Assembly: GCF_004010195.1 (NCBI RefSeq) | Contig: NC_057718.1 | Coordinates: 41,437,803 to 41,501,802 of the forward strand | Direction: 5' to 3' | Length of the DNA stretch: 64,000 nucleotides | Origin: Chiloscyllium plagiosum | Lineage: Eukaryota | Shown: positions 63,901 through 64,000 of the stretch, one piece after another | Layout: each line of letters starts with the position of its first letter | How positions within the stretch are numbered: position 1 is the stretch's first letter | Program-made: the position numbers and the translations under genes | Notes under the pieces: generated by a model | Databases searched by the model: none | Told to the model about the DNA's origin: nothing | The model's input: the letters and a program-made list of their open reading frames with translations, nothing else

Positions 63901-64000
63901 AAAAACAATAGTTTCAAAGACGTCAGCATTACAAGAAGAAGCTTAATACTAGTATCAGTGCAATCCTGAGGAAGAGAAACTTCATTTTAATGGGGCAAAA

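Noticed and set aside
1..64000. A wholly new multi-gene biological system
   Set aside because: No intact genes or operon-like structure are visible. The notable RNA motifs belong to a known class (PLE hammerheads), although these particular families may be uncatalogued.

Overview
AT-rich, CpG-depleted vertebrate genomic DNA, almost certainly from an elasmobranch (shark). HE1-type V-SINEs and their partner CR1/HER1-type LINEs are abundant; the young HE1 subfamily resembles carpet-shark copies, which is an inference from recall. I recognise no intact protein-coding gene, and nearly all supplied ORFs are retroelement fragments or chance ORFs. A large part of the window is decayed retroelements, often nested: CR1, a second CR1-group LINE, L2, Rex1/Babar, Penelope-like elements (PLEs), four SINE types and one old Mag-type Gypsy LTR element. 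Unique, possibly regulatory stretches lie between them, plus a few weak minus-strand micro-exon candidates. The most interesting signal is a set of minimal hammerhead-ribozyme motifs (CUGANGA / stem II / GAAA / palindromic stem III / NUH) carried by at least three PLE families. Several sit in short or palindromic PLE-derived insertions with 10-16 bp target-site duplications. PLE hammerheads are a known phenomenon, so this is not claimed as a new system. All family assignments come from motif recognition, not database searches.
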